A stretch of DNA of 64,000 nucleotides from assembly GCA_050084985.1 (NCBI GenBank), contig JBITNC010000001.1, positions 101,246,001-101,310,000 on the forward strand, given 5' to 3'. Below, piece after piece: positions 1 to 12,324 of the stretch (position 1 is the first letter of the stretch; each line of letters starts with the position of its first letter). The notes beneath the pieces are model-generated. The model was not told where the DNA came from and did not search any database. It worked only from the letters and a program-made list of their open reading frames with translations. This stretch comes from Nageia nagi (lineage: Eukaryota; Plantae; Pinophyta). Made by a program: the position numbers and the translations under genes.

Positions 1-2322
1 GAAGGTACTCAAGGTTTATAATATTAAAAATGAGTTGGAAACCTTTATGATCTTTTATGCAGTTTCAGATGAAGTCCTTCTCATGATATCTTCTTCAAAC
101 TTTGCAAAGAAATCTTGGGATAGGCTAAAAAAAATCTACCTGGCACCAAATTCTCCATAAGGTTCACCATTCTTTAAAAATTATTACAAACACATCAAGA
201 GGAAAATGAAAGTGTGGCCATATACTTAAACAAGATTGTTAACATTAAGACCCAACTTGTTAGGTGTGGTTGCAATTAGATCAACAAGTTTATGGTGTTC
301 ATCATCCTTCAAAGCCTCTCTACTAAATTTAGTCACTTCGTGAATGTTATTGAGACAAGGATCGATGAAGAAGAAGAGGTGTTTTCTTTGAAAAATCTTT
401 CAATACTTCTCTTGAAATATAAAAAAATATTTAACAAATGGTTGTTGATCCCTCTCCTAATAAGCATTCTATGGCACTAGGACTAATGAAGACTCACTTC
501 AAAAAGAAGTTCAATAAACAAATGAATTATTTCTATGCTCTGAAAAGGTATTTCAAGAAAGGTAGAAATAAATAACAGAGTGGGCACAATAAGTAGAGCA
601 AATCCAAAGCCAAATTTGATGGTAATTGTAATTTATGTGGCATATATGGTCATAGGGAATTTGATTGCTATAGAAAAAAGAAAGAACAAGGTGGAAAATG
701 ATATAAAAAATTAAACAAAATTAATAGTAAGAAAAAGAACAAGATTTTTTTTTTATGTTTATGCTTTTTACTCCAAGTCTCACACTTTCTCAAATAATTG
801 GATTGTTGACTTTGGGTGCACTAATCACATGTGTTTTGAAAGGCTAAGTTTGAAAATTTTCATAAGTATAGAATAGATGCAATTTTGATAGGTCATAATT
901 CAGTATTTGAAGTCCAAGTTATTGGAAGTGTATTATTGCAAGGAAAAAATTCTTAAAAATGTGCTTTATGTGCCTAAGCTGATCGTGAGCCTTCTTTTCA
1001 TAATTCAAGTTGGTAAGAGAGGAGTTACCACTTTGGTGAAAGGATTAGTGAAATATGATCTCTACGTTGTGGATAAAAATCCAAAAAAAATATGTCTTAC
1101 TACAAATTTTTATTCTAAAGGAAATCTTTAGCACCATCGATTAGGCCACTTTAACCAGTTTTTGCCTACGATTACATCCATAATTGGCCTTTGTGAGAAG
1201 TTCATCCTAGGCAAAATGAATAGAAAAAACTTTGAGAAAGATAAGGCAACAAGGGAAACACAACCTATTTAGCTTGTGCATTTAGATTTGATGGGTTAGT
1301 TTCTGACTAAGTCACTTGGGGGAGCATCTTATGTCTTGACCTTCATCGATGATTTCAATAGGATGACATTTGGTTATATTCTGGAGTATAAGGATCAAAC
1401 CTTTAATAGGTGTAAATATTTCAAATCCTTGGTTGAAAATTGATCTAACTTCAAAATCAAGATGTTGAGATCTGATAATGGGGATGAGTATAATAGTGGT
1501 GAGTTTAATAACTATTATGCCAAATATGGGATCAAGAGGTAGATTACAATCCTTACACCCCTTAGAAGAATGGTATTTTCAAAAGAAATAATAGGAATGT
1601 TCAAGAAATGGCAAGGTGTATGTTGGAAAATCTTCCTAGTTTTTTATGGGGTGAAGCTGTAAGCACTACAATCTACACCCTAAATAGGTGTCCTACAAAA
1701 GTAGTTGAAGGTAAAACTCTATATGAGATATAGATGGAAAAGAAATCCAACATCTCTCACTTTAAATTTTTTTGTTATGATGCTTATGCTTTTATTGTTT
1801 CTAAAAAAAGAAATAAGATGGATAAGATATCCTAAAAGTGCATCTTTGAGGGCTATGAAAATCAGCATAGAGGCTACATGCTCTACTCTCCTTCCTCCAA
1901 AGGAGTGTTAGTCTCAAAAGATGTAAAGTTTAATGAATTTTTTAAAGAATATGCTTCTTGTGAGGATATGGATTATCTTGATGACTCTTTTGTTACATCT
2001 AACTAAATGGATATGTGTCAATAAGTCACCTCAAAACTAAAACTCTCTTACACAAAGGATAATAAGAAGTATGACCTTAAATAAATCCTTGTTTGCTAAA
2101 ATCGATAGCAAGAATGAACCCTCATCATTCAAGGAAGCTTCAAGAATGAGTGTTGAATGGAAGCGATGAAAGTGTAGTATGAGGCTCTAATGAAAAATCA
2201 AACTTGGGATTTGGTTCCTTATCCCAATAAACAGAATGTGATTGGCAATAAATGGATTTACAAGTTCAAATACAATTCAGTTGGAGAAATTAAGAAATAC
2301 AAGGCAAGGTTAGTAACCAAAT
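1..2322 (+). mobile_element. Degenerate Ty1/Copia retrotransposon internal region (gag-PR-INT-start of RT), truncated
   Basis: Motifs in Copia order across broken frames: zinc knuckle CNLCGIYGHREFDC (~627-668), protease WIVDFGCTNHM (~799), integrase LVHLDLMG (~1273) and LRSDNGDEY (~1464), RT start WDLVP..NVIGNKWIYKFKYNSVGEIKKYKARLV (2205-2320). Confidence 0.9.
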
Positions 2323-2991
2323 TGTAAACCATTTTATCAAATGGTAATGTAATGAGATTCAATCTAATATCTTGCTTATTTCTCAAAGATGTAAATGTTC
2401 TCATCTTCTGTTGTATCTCTATAGAGGAGAACTCTCTTACTCTCTTTTTCTTCTCTCTACTCTATCTCAATATTGCATTAAGGAAGAGTGTTTGAATGTA
2501 TAATACATTATTGTATTGTCTCTTAATGTAAATTCACTAATACTTAAAGATATCCTAGATGCCTTAAGTATTTAGTGAATAAGGTAATGTTAATTCACTA
2601 ATACTTAAAAGTATCCCTATATACCTTTTAAGTATTTGTAAATAAAATAACGTAACTTGTCCTACACTCCATCTCATGGACACGCCCCTTGGATAAAAGG
2701 GTGATGCATGACATGACTTTGTACAATGGTTAAAAGAGTAATTTAGGGGAGGATTTTGGCCTATAAATAGAGAACCCTATCTTTGAGATTACTCAATCAA
2801 TTTTGTAGTATTATTATGCTTTAGGATTATTAGAAGCAGGCAGAGTTATTGTAAGAGAGTGCATCTTGAGAATAAAGATCTTAGATTAGTGGATGTACTC
2901 CCATAGTTGGAGGAACCACTTTATATTAGTGGTAATTTTGTGAAATTGGATATTGTGTTATGATGTTATGTTGATGTTTGGAGAGCTTTCA
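2323..2991 (+). mobile_element. LTR-like fragment interrupting the Copia RT
   Basis: Starts with TG exactly where Copia homology stops; CCTATAAATAG TATA at ~2760; U5-like GTGGATGTA...AACCAC segment. No TSD found and right end uncertain. Confidence 0.45.
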
Positions 2992-3089
2992 TGAGATTTT
3001 GTAGAAGAGGAATTTAGTCATTTAGGATTAGTTTCTCTCAAAGAAGACCTTTGGATAATAAGCGGACATCTCAATGTTCAAATGATGAT

Positions 3090-5850
3090 GCACGATCGAG
3101 AAGGAGGATTGGCACAATAAATAAAAGAAATAGGCTCTTGATGGCCCAAATACAATACTTGAAACTTATTGATATATTTCCACCAGGGTGCCAAAAACTT
3201 TGACTAATAAAAGAAAAGGAGACCAAGTAATAAAATCCAAACTAGATAAATTCCTGTGGGGGAGAAAGTCTCTACCTATTGCAATCGACAATCATAGATA
3301 ATCAAGTAGCTTTAGATAAATTTTCTATATATCTTTTCTCATAGAAAAAGGATCCTCCCTTAAGAATCATCCTTTCAAATTCAAGAATTTTTGGCTTCAA
3401 AAGAAGGACTTGTTAGATCTTATGAAAAATTGATGGAAACAAAAGAAATCAACACATAGGAATACACAATACCATCTACCAAGCTCAAATATTTAAAAAA
3501 AACATATTGAAAAGTTAGAGTAAAATTTATTGACATAATTTCTAGTAATAGAGAAAAAATCTCATAGTATGTATGCAAGAAATAGCAAAGAAGATTCACT
3601 TAGAAACTATATTTGAAGAATTACTTTACCAAGAAAATGCTTTGTTGCAAAAGGAAGAGGAGTTTTATAAAAAGAAAAATATTGTAGATAAAGGTCAAGA
3701 ATAACATGGCTATAATAAGGTGATACAAACAACAAGTTCTTTCATCAATCAAACATAGCTTGAAGTCTCCACAACCAAATTGATGCCCTTACCATAGGAG
3801 TTAAGACGATACCCAACCTAGGTATGAAAGAGGTTACTAAAAAATATTTATCTTATTTATTTACTACAATTGCACACATGTACACCTAGCTTAGGAGGAA
3901 ATTTTGGGAAGCATTCCATAACTAGTATTCTAGAAATAAAATAAGGGCTCTACAAAGAGATCCAAGAGGAGTTAAAAGAAATAATGGTCATAATGCTCAC
4001 ATGGAAGGCTCCAAGACCACATGAATTCCCAATAGAGTTCTTCATATCTTACTAGGATATATTAGAAAATGATGTAGCATGAGTAGTGGAAGAGGCTAAA
4101 ACTAGTACATGAATTCGTCAAAGCCCTCAACCATACCTTTCTAGTCCTAATCCCAAAAGGAGATGAGATGGAGTCCCTAATCAACTATAGACCAACAACC
4201 TTATGCAATGTGGTTTATAAGATCATAAACAAATTGATGGAAAATGGGCTAAAATAAATACTTCCATATTTAATTTCTCTAGAGAAAGGGGGATTTACAC
4301 AAAGGAGATAAATCTTGGATGGAATTATAGTATATCCACCAATCATGGAAAAAGGAAACAAAGGAATGTTCCTTAAACTAGACTTATCTAAGGCCCGTGA
4401 TAGGATAAGTTGAAACTTTTTGACCCAAATATTGCAAAAATTTAGTTTCATAAAAGAATACATTAAAAAAGTGATGGAATGCATTTCTGTAGTCTCCTTC
4501 TCAATACATATTAATGGGTCCCCATCCCAACTATTCACAACTTTTAGAGGCATCAAACAAAGGGATCCCTTTTCTCCATATCTATTCATCCTTTTTGTAA
4601 AAGTTTTAAGAAGACCAATACAAAAGAAGAAAATAGAGAACTTCGCAAGGGTGCAAATAAATAGAGATATATGGATAATCCATCTATAGTTTGTAGATGG
4701 AACAAGGATGTGGGGGTAAGACACAATTAAAGAAGCAACTATCATCAAAGGGATCCTAGATTGTTATATTGCAACCATGGGATAATTTTTGAATGAAGTA
4801 TAATCCAAAGTTGTGTATTTCAATTTGGTAGAAAGATTCAAAGAAATAATTCTCCATATCTTAATATTTTTAGAAGCCTCCTTAACGTTAAGTATCTTGG
4901 TATTCTCTAAATAGATAAAAGACTCAAATATTAAATATAAAGAAGCTTTAAAAGACAAACTCCATCCAAAATTATCATATTGGACCCATAGATAGTTGAG
5001 TTTAGGAGGGAGAGTAATACTATTGAAATCAATGCTCCAAGTAATGCAAGTGTATAATTGTTTTTCTTTGGCAACCCCAAAGAGTTTCCTTAAATATTTT
5101 TTTTATGAGTTACAAGTTTGTGCGGGGAATTGACACGTTACATATCCACCTGCATGTGAGGGGGGAGAGTTGAACCTAGGGCATCTCATTAACCACTTGA
5201 GAGTTTTTAGCTAGCCTTCTCTCCAACTTCCCTACACATGTTGGATGTGTCTTTAAATATTTAAACAAACTGATGAGAAAATTCTTATCATAAAAAAAAA
5301 AAAGATCACAAAAAAAGCATTTATAAGTTGGGACAATCTTTGTCAGCCAAAGGAAGTAGAACTTGGGATCATAACGATAACAAATAATCAAGCCTTGATA
5401 AGTAAATGTAGTGGAGATAGCACACTAGTCAAAATCAACTTTGAAGCCAAGTATTGATAGCAAAATACTATCCTGCATATAGATTAGAAGATCTTCCTCG
5501 AATCCCAATAATAAGAGAAAGTTATTAAATTTGTGAAGTAATTAATAAAGGGCCATCAATCATCAAATAAGTGTTATATTCGAAAGTGGAGATGAAAGAA
5601 ATGTCAGATTATGTGAAGACTCATGGGAACTTTTTCCTCTCATAATTAAGCAATACTCTCATCTCAAGGATCTCATAGAAGCCTTCCAGAGACAAGGATA
5701 GACTCATAATTTCCATTATCTTTAACCTCTAGAGTATCAACAAGCCAATATGAGAACATTAGAGGACAGAGAAAATGCTAGGTGAAAAATGGAAGGAGGA
5801 GAAAAAGGAATTGAAAGAAATCCTAGAGGAGGAAGTGGTCAAGGAGAAAT
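3090..5850 (+). mobile_element. Degenerate L1 LINE ORF2 (reverse transcriptase region)
   Basis: KAPRPHEFPIEFF (~4005), YRPTTLCNVVYKII (~4187), KLDLSKARDRIS (~4375), RGIKQRDPFSPYLF (~4547), HL*FVD (FADD-like, ~4681), LSLGGRVILLKS (~4996), ISWDNLCQPK (~5323); many stops. Confidence 0.9.
5100..5252 (-). mobile_element. tRNA-type SINE inserted in the L1
   Basis: 10-bp TSD TTAAATATTT (5090-5099 / 5253-5262); poly-T at left end; B-box-like GGTTCAACTC on minus strand (~5167-5176); removing it restores the L1 frame PKSFLKYLNKLMRKFL. Confidence 0.75.
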
Positions 5851-5879
5851 GGACATGATACCACTCTTGCGAGCCAATT

Positions 5880-6200
5880 CTTTTATGAAACCACTCTTGC
5901 GATCCAATTTCTTGGAATTAGATTCCGTGTCTTGAGGGGTTCGCTTTTGTCAAAGTCACCTGGGAGTTGCACCCGACCTCATCCATGCCAACATGCTCAC
6001 CCATCTATTGGACTTAGCATATCGACATGATGTGAGGGGGAGTCGCACCCAACCTCATCCACACCAACATGGTCACCCATCGTTGGACTTAACATTTCCA
6101 CATGATTGAGGAGGGAGAGTTTTGAACCTAAGATCTACTTTTTTCAACTTGAGAGTTTTATCTTCCCACTCCTCTCCAACTCCCCTTGCATCATTGGATG
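5880..6200 (-). mobile_element. SINE of the same family, with a ~75-bp tandemly duplicated body
   Basis: 6110-6200 matches the head of the 5100-5252 SINE (GGGAGAGTT(TT)GAACC ... ACTTGAGAGTTTT ... CTCTCCAACT ... TTGGATG); two ~75-bp units at ~5962-6036 and ~6038-6110. Confidence 0.6.
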
Positions 6201-6410
6201 ATTTAACATCTTTATGAATAATAAGATTATGCATAATAAAATTAATATCAAAACCAAACATATTGATGTAGAATCATACAAAAAATATTAATTAATTCAA
6301 CAAATAGAAATTTATATTATTCTTATTTTTTTAATAACCAAACAGTATTTTTATTGATTTAAGATTTTTTATCATTCCTATGTTAACATCAACAATATCT
6401 TCAAACAAAG
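6200..6410 (-). mobile_element. Highly decayed Gypsy (Tat/Ogre-like) pol fragment just upstream of RT
   Basis: Translation EDIVDVNIG... and MFGFDINFIMHNLIIHKDVK resembles the Tat/Ogre pre-RT motif MPGLDP.I..H.L.I..D.KP. Confidence 0.4.
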
Positions 6411-7341
6411 TAAAGAAAAACTTAAACCTTTGATATTATTACAATGTTCTTTTTCTTTTGTGCTAGAATTATATCATTGTTAATGTTTCACTAAAATAAG
6501 TGTTACCATAAAAACAATAATCAAAATTCCTTTTATTCTGGAAAGGTGAAAATCCAAAATTAGCACGTAAGAATTCAATGATGGCATCATCAATTTCAAA
6601 ATGGGCTTTTAGACCAGAAGAAATATCTGCTTGCATTGTGTAACGATAATAATTTTAAAAGATGAAGCATTCAATAAAAGTACAATGTCACAGCATCGTT
6701 CATGTGAATATTAAGAGGATTGAGTTCAAATGGATCTTCATCACTCTTTCTACATAAACAAGAACTCGTCCTTGTGCACTTCAACAAGTGCATGCAAGGA
6801 TTCTACACAAAACACTAGCATTTCCAGAGTCACCTCCATCTTAGTATATGCTCTTATGGAATTAAGAATAAAATAATGCATTCCTTTCATTTATGGATTC
6901 TACATCTTAAAAATGATTTGTACATGGCTGTCTGTAAATGCTATTATTCAAATCCTACACAAAGTTTATGGCTACCAATGCGCTTTTTATAACAGGAGAG
7001 GCCTCCAAATTCCATTGTTGACTGTCAAAGCTCCAATGCCGAATCTGAATTTGAATACATTGATTAGTGTACAAGCTACTGCAGTTTCATTGGATAGCAT
7101 GAAGTCAGATGGCAAAATACAGTGCTTAAGACTTGATTCGTACTTGCAGAAACCATTATAAAGGTCTTCCTTTTCATTGAAGTTTAGTGTCAAACAATTG
7201 AAACTTCACCTTCCCGCATGAGAAGGAGCAAAGCCAAAATACAATAACTGAAAGAATAATAGAGAACGTTTTACCCTTCCAACAGGTAAGAACACTGCAA
7301 AATTTTATGCAGGGAAGTATCTCCGTCTTCCTGTACCTGAT

Positions 7342-7558
7342 TCATATTATTTGCGTCCACCTAGGTTCCATTTGAGTCAATGTGGCAGGTGAGCTGCAAT
7401 ACATGGTAATCATTGAGGAGGAGGAGGAGCAGAAGGTCCACCTCCCTTGTGCGTTGATTGAAACTGGGAAGTGAAAACCGTAACCACTTGTTCCACCAGC
7501 AGACCCATCTATGCTAGATCCCATTTTCAGGTTCTTGAAGTCTTGATAGTAATCCAGG
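7342..7558 (-). pseudogene. Disabled C-terminal tail of the kinase
   Basis: After the TGA the sequence continues PGLLS, then (+1 frameshift) DFKNLKMGSS...SSPATLTQMEPR, matching the typical tail of this kinase subfamily. Confidence 0.65.
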
Positions 7559-7759
7559 TCATGTCAAAAGGTTCTCATTTATATAAATATCTTTTGAAAG
7601 CATTGCAACCACTTGGGACATGGAAGGCCTGAAGTTTGCTTTAGTTTGGGTGCACAAAAGTGCAACCTTGATGAAACGTAGCACTTCTTCTGTAGGATAC
7701 TGCTCTAACTCTGGATCAACAACACTTAAAAGTTTCTTCCCCTGCCTAAGATTCCATGT
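7559..7759 (-). CDS. Terminal coding exon of receptor-like Ser/Thr kinase (CRPK1/LRR-VIII/DUF26-like), subdomain XI
   Basis: Acceptor TGTTGCAG|ACATGG (AG at 7761-7760); TWNLRQGKKLLSVVDPELEQYPTEEVLRFIKVALLCTQTKANFRPSMSQVVAML; joins in phase 0 to ...LLLEW of the 53385-53535 exon. Confidence 0.9.
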   Translation of the reverse strand, partial: TWNLRQGKKLLSVVDPELEQYPTEEVLRFIKVALLCTQTKANFRPSMSQVVAMLSKDIYINENLLT

Positions 7760-7937
7760 CTGCAACAGTATCATTCAAAAAGATTAATTACACCCTTGTT
7801 GATCATTATTCTCAAAATGATCCAAACTATAGAAAGTAATCAGTCAACAAAAGAAACAAGGCGCAAGTAAAGTTTCTGAGATGTGATGAAAGAATTCAGC
7901 TAAATACAATATGCTGAAAGTACCCTTGTAAATATTA

Positions 7938-8368
7938 GGGAAACTTACCAAAATACCCCTACAAGTTTATGAAATTACCAAAATATCTCTCAATCTTTGG
8001 AAATTACAGAAATACCCTTATAAGTTCATGAAATTATGAAAATACCTCTAAATCTTTGGAAATTACATAAATACCCTTACTCTTAAAATTTTATAATAAC
8101 TTCAAATTTTTATAATAACTTTAAATATTAAAATTTTATAACAACTACAAATTTTATAACAACTACAAATTTTATAACTACAAATTTTATAATAATTTAA
8201 AAATTTAAAAATAACTTAAAATGTTATAATACCCCAAAGTCAAGAAAAATAAAAGCAGGGGTATTCCTATAATTTTGAAAACTTTCAGGGGTATTTATGT
8301 AACTTCCAAATATTGAGGTTTATTTCTGTAATTTCATGAACTTAAAGGGGTATTTTGGTAAGTTTCCC
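7938..8368. mobile_element. Mutator-like MITE
   Basis: TIR GGGAAACTTACCAAAATACCCCT / AGGGGTATTTTGGTAAGTTTCCC; perfect 9-bp TSD TAAATATTA (7929-7937, 8369-8377); subterminal GAAATTAC..AAATACC repeats; AT-rich core. Confidence 0.9.
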
Positions 8369-9758
8369 TAAATATTAAAATCAGTATTTGAAAGCCACAC
8401 TTGAACTAAAACTGGCATTGGCAGGAGATCCTTGACTCACATTTGCTTGTGCCAAGATAGCCATTCTACATCTTATTCGTAGCAGAAATTTTAAATTTTA
8501 ATTCACAACAATTATTTTAGATTTAGGAACATATATACTAAGGTTAGAAGCCCAATGTTGACATGCTATGCAAGGATGCAAAACAAACATGAAGAAACAC
8601 TTGTCACGGATTTCAAGGCCTTACTTGGGACATACATTTTCATCCCTAATAGTCATGGGATCTTTAGAATTGATGGATAAGTCCACAGAAAGAAGCATAA
8701 AACAGTTGCATAATGGTGTCTAAGCAAGTAAGATAGGAATTTACATGTCTACCTTCATCTCATGAAATCCATGATTACAGTAATCGATGCAGCCATAGAT
8801 ATACTTGTGGTTGATCTATGTATCCCATTTGAATCACAGTGACATTTTTAATTCCATATGCTATTCACACTATTGAAATAACACACTTTGATATTTATCT
8901 ACTTGATCATACATCTTTTGAATTTATATTTCTGTTGCAAATGCTGGCTGATACATTCCAAGTTTATCAAAGTCAACAAATTATAGGTTCACAAGTAGTT
9001 TTTGTTTGTCTGATTTAAATGTGTAGCTATAATTAAAAGATGCCATATCAACTTAAGGTTCTCCATAGCTAAATGTTAAAAATTAGTAATGTTAAAGATT
9101 CTTCCTCATGTGGTTCCCCATTGGAATTTTTTGGAAGAGAATTTCATGTCAACCTGCTTCTTTGAAAGAAATGGCAAGAGATGAAAATAGTAAATACACA
9201 ATAAAATATGCCTTTCAATATTTATTACAATCAATTTGTTATGAACAAGTCAATAATATTTTGGGAAAATGTCAACTTTATCGTTCAAGTATGAAAGCTT
9301 TTGATAACTGTTGGCAATTTTTGCTGTATTGATGAAAGAAATACGACTGTTCAGAGGTAAGGACATGGTTTAGAAAGATTTTACTTTTTATTGTCTCCTT
9401 TTCTCATTGGTTTAGAAAGAGTCTCAAAAGGCTAATAATAAAAAAAAAGTCTTTATCTTTGTGAACATATCAAGAAGGAATGGATATTGAACCAGTTCCA
9501 AAGGAATTAAGAATTTCATTAGCAACAACATTCATCCTCAAACGTCAAAAATTTAAGACTATCTTAAGAAACATTGAAAACTATTCTAATCAATGTTTGG
9601 TGCTAATAATTTTATTGATGCCTCTGAAGCATGTACTCTTATCCTATTTACCCAGCAAAAGATTTTAATGCTATGATTGACGATGGATTTATTATAACAT
9701 GTTAGGAAATATGTCATAAGGTTGAACTTGCTACAAGTGAATTACAAATAAAAAAGAA

Positions 9759-10331
9759 TATACATGCTTTACCCTTAAGGAATCCAAAATGTTCTAGTTG
9801 TCAAATGGTTATGTGAAAAAGGCTCCATATAAATGAATTTAGTATGTTTTATGTAAGCAATTTTTGAGTTTTCATAAAGGCCATGAAGACTCCGATTCAA
9901 GAGTATGTACTGAAAGACATCAAAACACCACCAATTCAATCGGTATCTTCACATAGAATGGAGAAGATGATTCTGAAATGTTCATCAGCATTTTTTGACA
10001 CGTCCCTAATCGCATATCATGAAGACAGTTTCAATGATTTTCTAGTACGCCTATACATGCTTTACCCTTAAGGAGTCCAAAATGTTCTAGGTGTCAAATG
10101 GTTATGTGAAAGAGGCTCCATATAAATGAATTTAGTATGTTTTAGGTAAGCAATTTTTGAGTTTTCATAAAGGCCATGAAGACTCGGAAAGACATCAAAA
10201 CACCACCAACTCAATCGGTATCTTCACATAGAATGGAGAAGATGATTCTGAAATGTGCATCAGCATTTTTTGACACATGTCCCTAATCGCATATCATGAA
10301 GACAGTTTCAATGATTTTCTAGTATGCCTAT
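9759..10331. repeat. Direct tandem duplication of ~290 bp
   Basis: Copies start TATACATGCTTTACCCTTAAGG at 9759 and 10052; near identical, and the second has a ~19-bp deletion. Confidence 0.9.
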
Positions 10332-10430
10332 CTCAAAAAGGGGATACAAAGCATATTATTGATTTCCAACTTGGTTATGCTTTTTTTAATATCAAATCAT
10401 ATAGTATTCCCACCATCACAAAATAGAAAT

Positions 10431-10831
10431 CATAGTTGTAAAAATCAAATCGGAATTGGATAAAATCAGAATTGGTCAAGCAAACAATCCGATTCGAATC
10501 GGAACCAATTTTTTTCAAATAAGTGTTTATCCTATTTTTCCCGATTCCGATTCCAATTTTTTAGACAAAAAAATCACAATTTTTTTCGAAAAAAATTGGC
10601 ATTGAATTAGCCAACAATTTTTTGCCGATTTTATCTGATTTTTTGCCAAATTTATCCAATTTTTTGGCTGATTTTATCTGATTTTTTGAGATTTAGCTAA
10701 AACCGAAGAAATTCCTTCATTTTTTCTCATGCCGATTTTATCTGTTTTTTTACCGATTTTGTCTGATTTTTCAAAAAATAGGAATCCTACAACCAAACGA
10801 TTCTGATCCGATTCCGATTTTTCTAACTATG
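10431..10831. mobile_element. hAT-type MITE
   Basis: TIR CATAGTTGTAAAAATC / GATTTTTCTAACTATG; perfect 8-bp TSD ATAGAAAT (10423-10430, 10832-10839); subterminal AATCGG/CCGATT repeats. Confidence 0.9.
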
Positions 10832-12324
10832 ATAGAAATTGAGAAATAGACTATTTTTCTTTAGTAAAAATTGTTGTATAAAGATAGTATGTAAACACTT
10901 GTTAGCTCTAAATTCAACCTTTCAATCTTGGAAGGAAATTATGAGTTGCCCACCACCTTCAAGGCATGTAGGCTTTTTCAAAACTTATTATAAGACCAGA
11001 CAAAAATTTTGTTGGTATGTTTTCCATTCCTCACCAAAACATGTATAAAACATGGAGGAAACAACGTTACTTGTTTCCGCCTGAAAGGACTAGTTACCCC
11101 AAGCATTCACATGTGGACCCATGCACAACAAAATAGAGATCCATGCTACTCAACCATATACAATCAAGACTCACCAACTAACTCTTTTCACAAAAGGAGG
11201 AAAGACTGCAAGTGTGAACAAAAATGAAGAAAGATCACAAATGCATGGATAGATGCATAGGAATGTGAAAATAAGCACATGAAACTATCATCAGTGATGC
11301 AATGTCTTGGTGGGTCATCACCGGATTCCTTAAGAACGATGTATTCACTTATCACGCCTAGCAGCAAATAGCAAAGCTCAAGTTGCTACTAGCTGAAAGT
11401 GTAGGGTTTATGATGGAAAACTCGATAGGAATGAAGATGAAGGGAATTGACCAACATGTGAATACATATGTTCAAGCTGAATGACATAGGGATAAGCTAT
11501 TCGCCTCATAATAAATATAGTTGTATGAGAATCATGCAATGAACAACTTTAACCACTTCACAAAATATTCAATCTTCTTCTCCTAAAACTCTTAGTTTTC
11601 AAAGAGAATGCACTTAAGCAGTAAAAATCATTCAAATTGGAAAGAAAATTGTACAAGATAGTATGCATGATCTCACGAATGACAAATTTCATAACATCTC
11701 TTTAAAGCACCATTCTAGAAAGAAATCAACTTGTGAAGATATTCAATGACATGAGAATGAGCATTCCTTTCTTTTAATTGCAAAGAATCCTTCAATATGC
11801 AAAATGCTTGATATGCAAAAGCCCTCTTTCTTGCAAATGCAAAAATCCTTATGCCCAAAATCAATATGCAAAAATCCCCTTTTAAATGGCTCGAGTGGAA
11901 TATAAATAGGCCACTAGAAGTAATTGCAATAAATGCAAAGTTTCCCTAAAGGCATCAAATCAGATATGGTGTGCTCACATAGGACACACATACCAATGCA
12001 AAAAAATCAGATTACAACACATATATCTATGCAAGTGGCATTTAAACTAACAAAATATAAATGCCACAGACGCAAAATGTCTAATCTATCTCTAAACTAA
12101 GCAAAATAAAATCAGATATGCTAATAATGTCTGACATCTGAACCAACAGGAGCAAAACCTCATCCCTGCACTTGTTAGATCCATAAATAAGTTTGCCAAA
12201 TTTGATCCGGAGGGAGCAAGTACTCATCCCTGCACCAGTCAAATCAAGTAAAAGTAATCGAGAACTATAACCATATGCATTAAACAACTGAAAAGACAAT
12301 TGCAAACAAAATCTGCGAGTGGGC

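Noticed and set aside
4215-4748. 177-aa minus-strand ORF
   Set aside because: Antisense shadow of the L1 reverse transcriptase.
5160-5250. Possible tRNA gene
   Set aside because: No cloverleaf evident; TSD and poly-A tail indicate a SINE.
7260-7340. Possible 3' UTR intron or extra exon of the kinase (GT/AG-like motifs)
   Set aside because: Candidate intron too short or no convincing partner site; needs transcript data.
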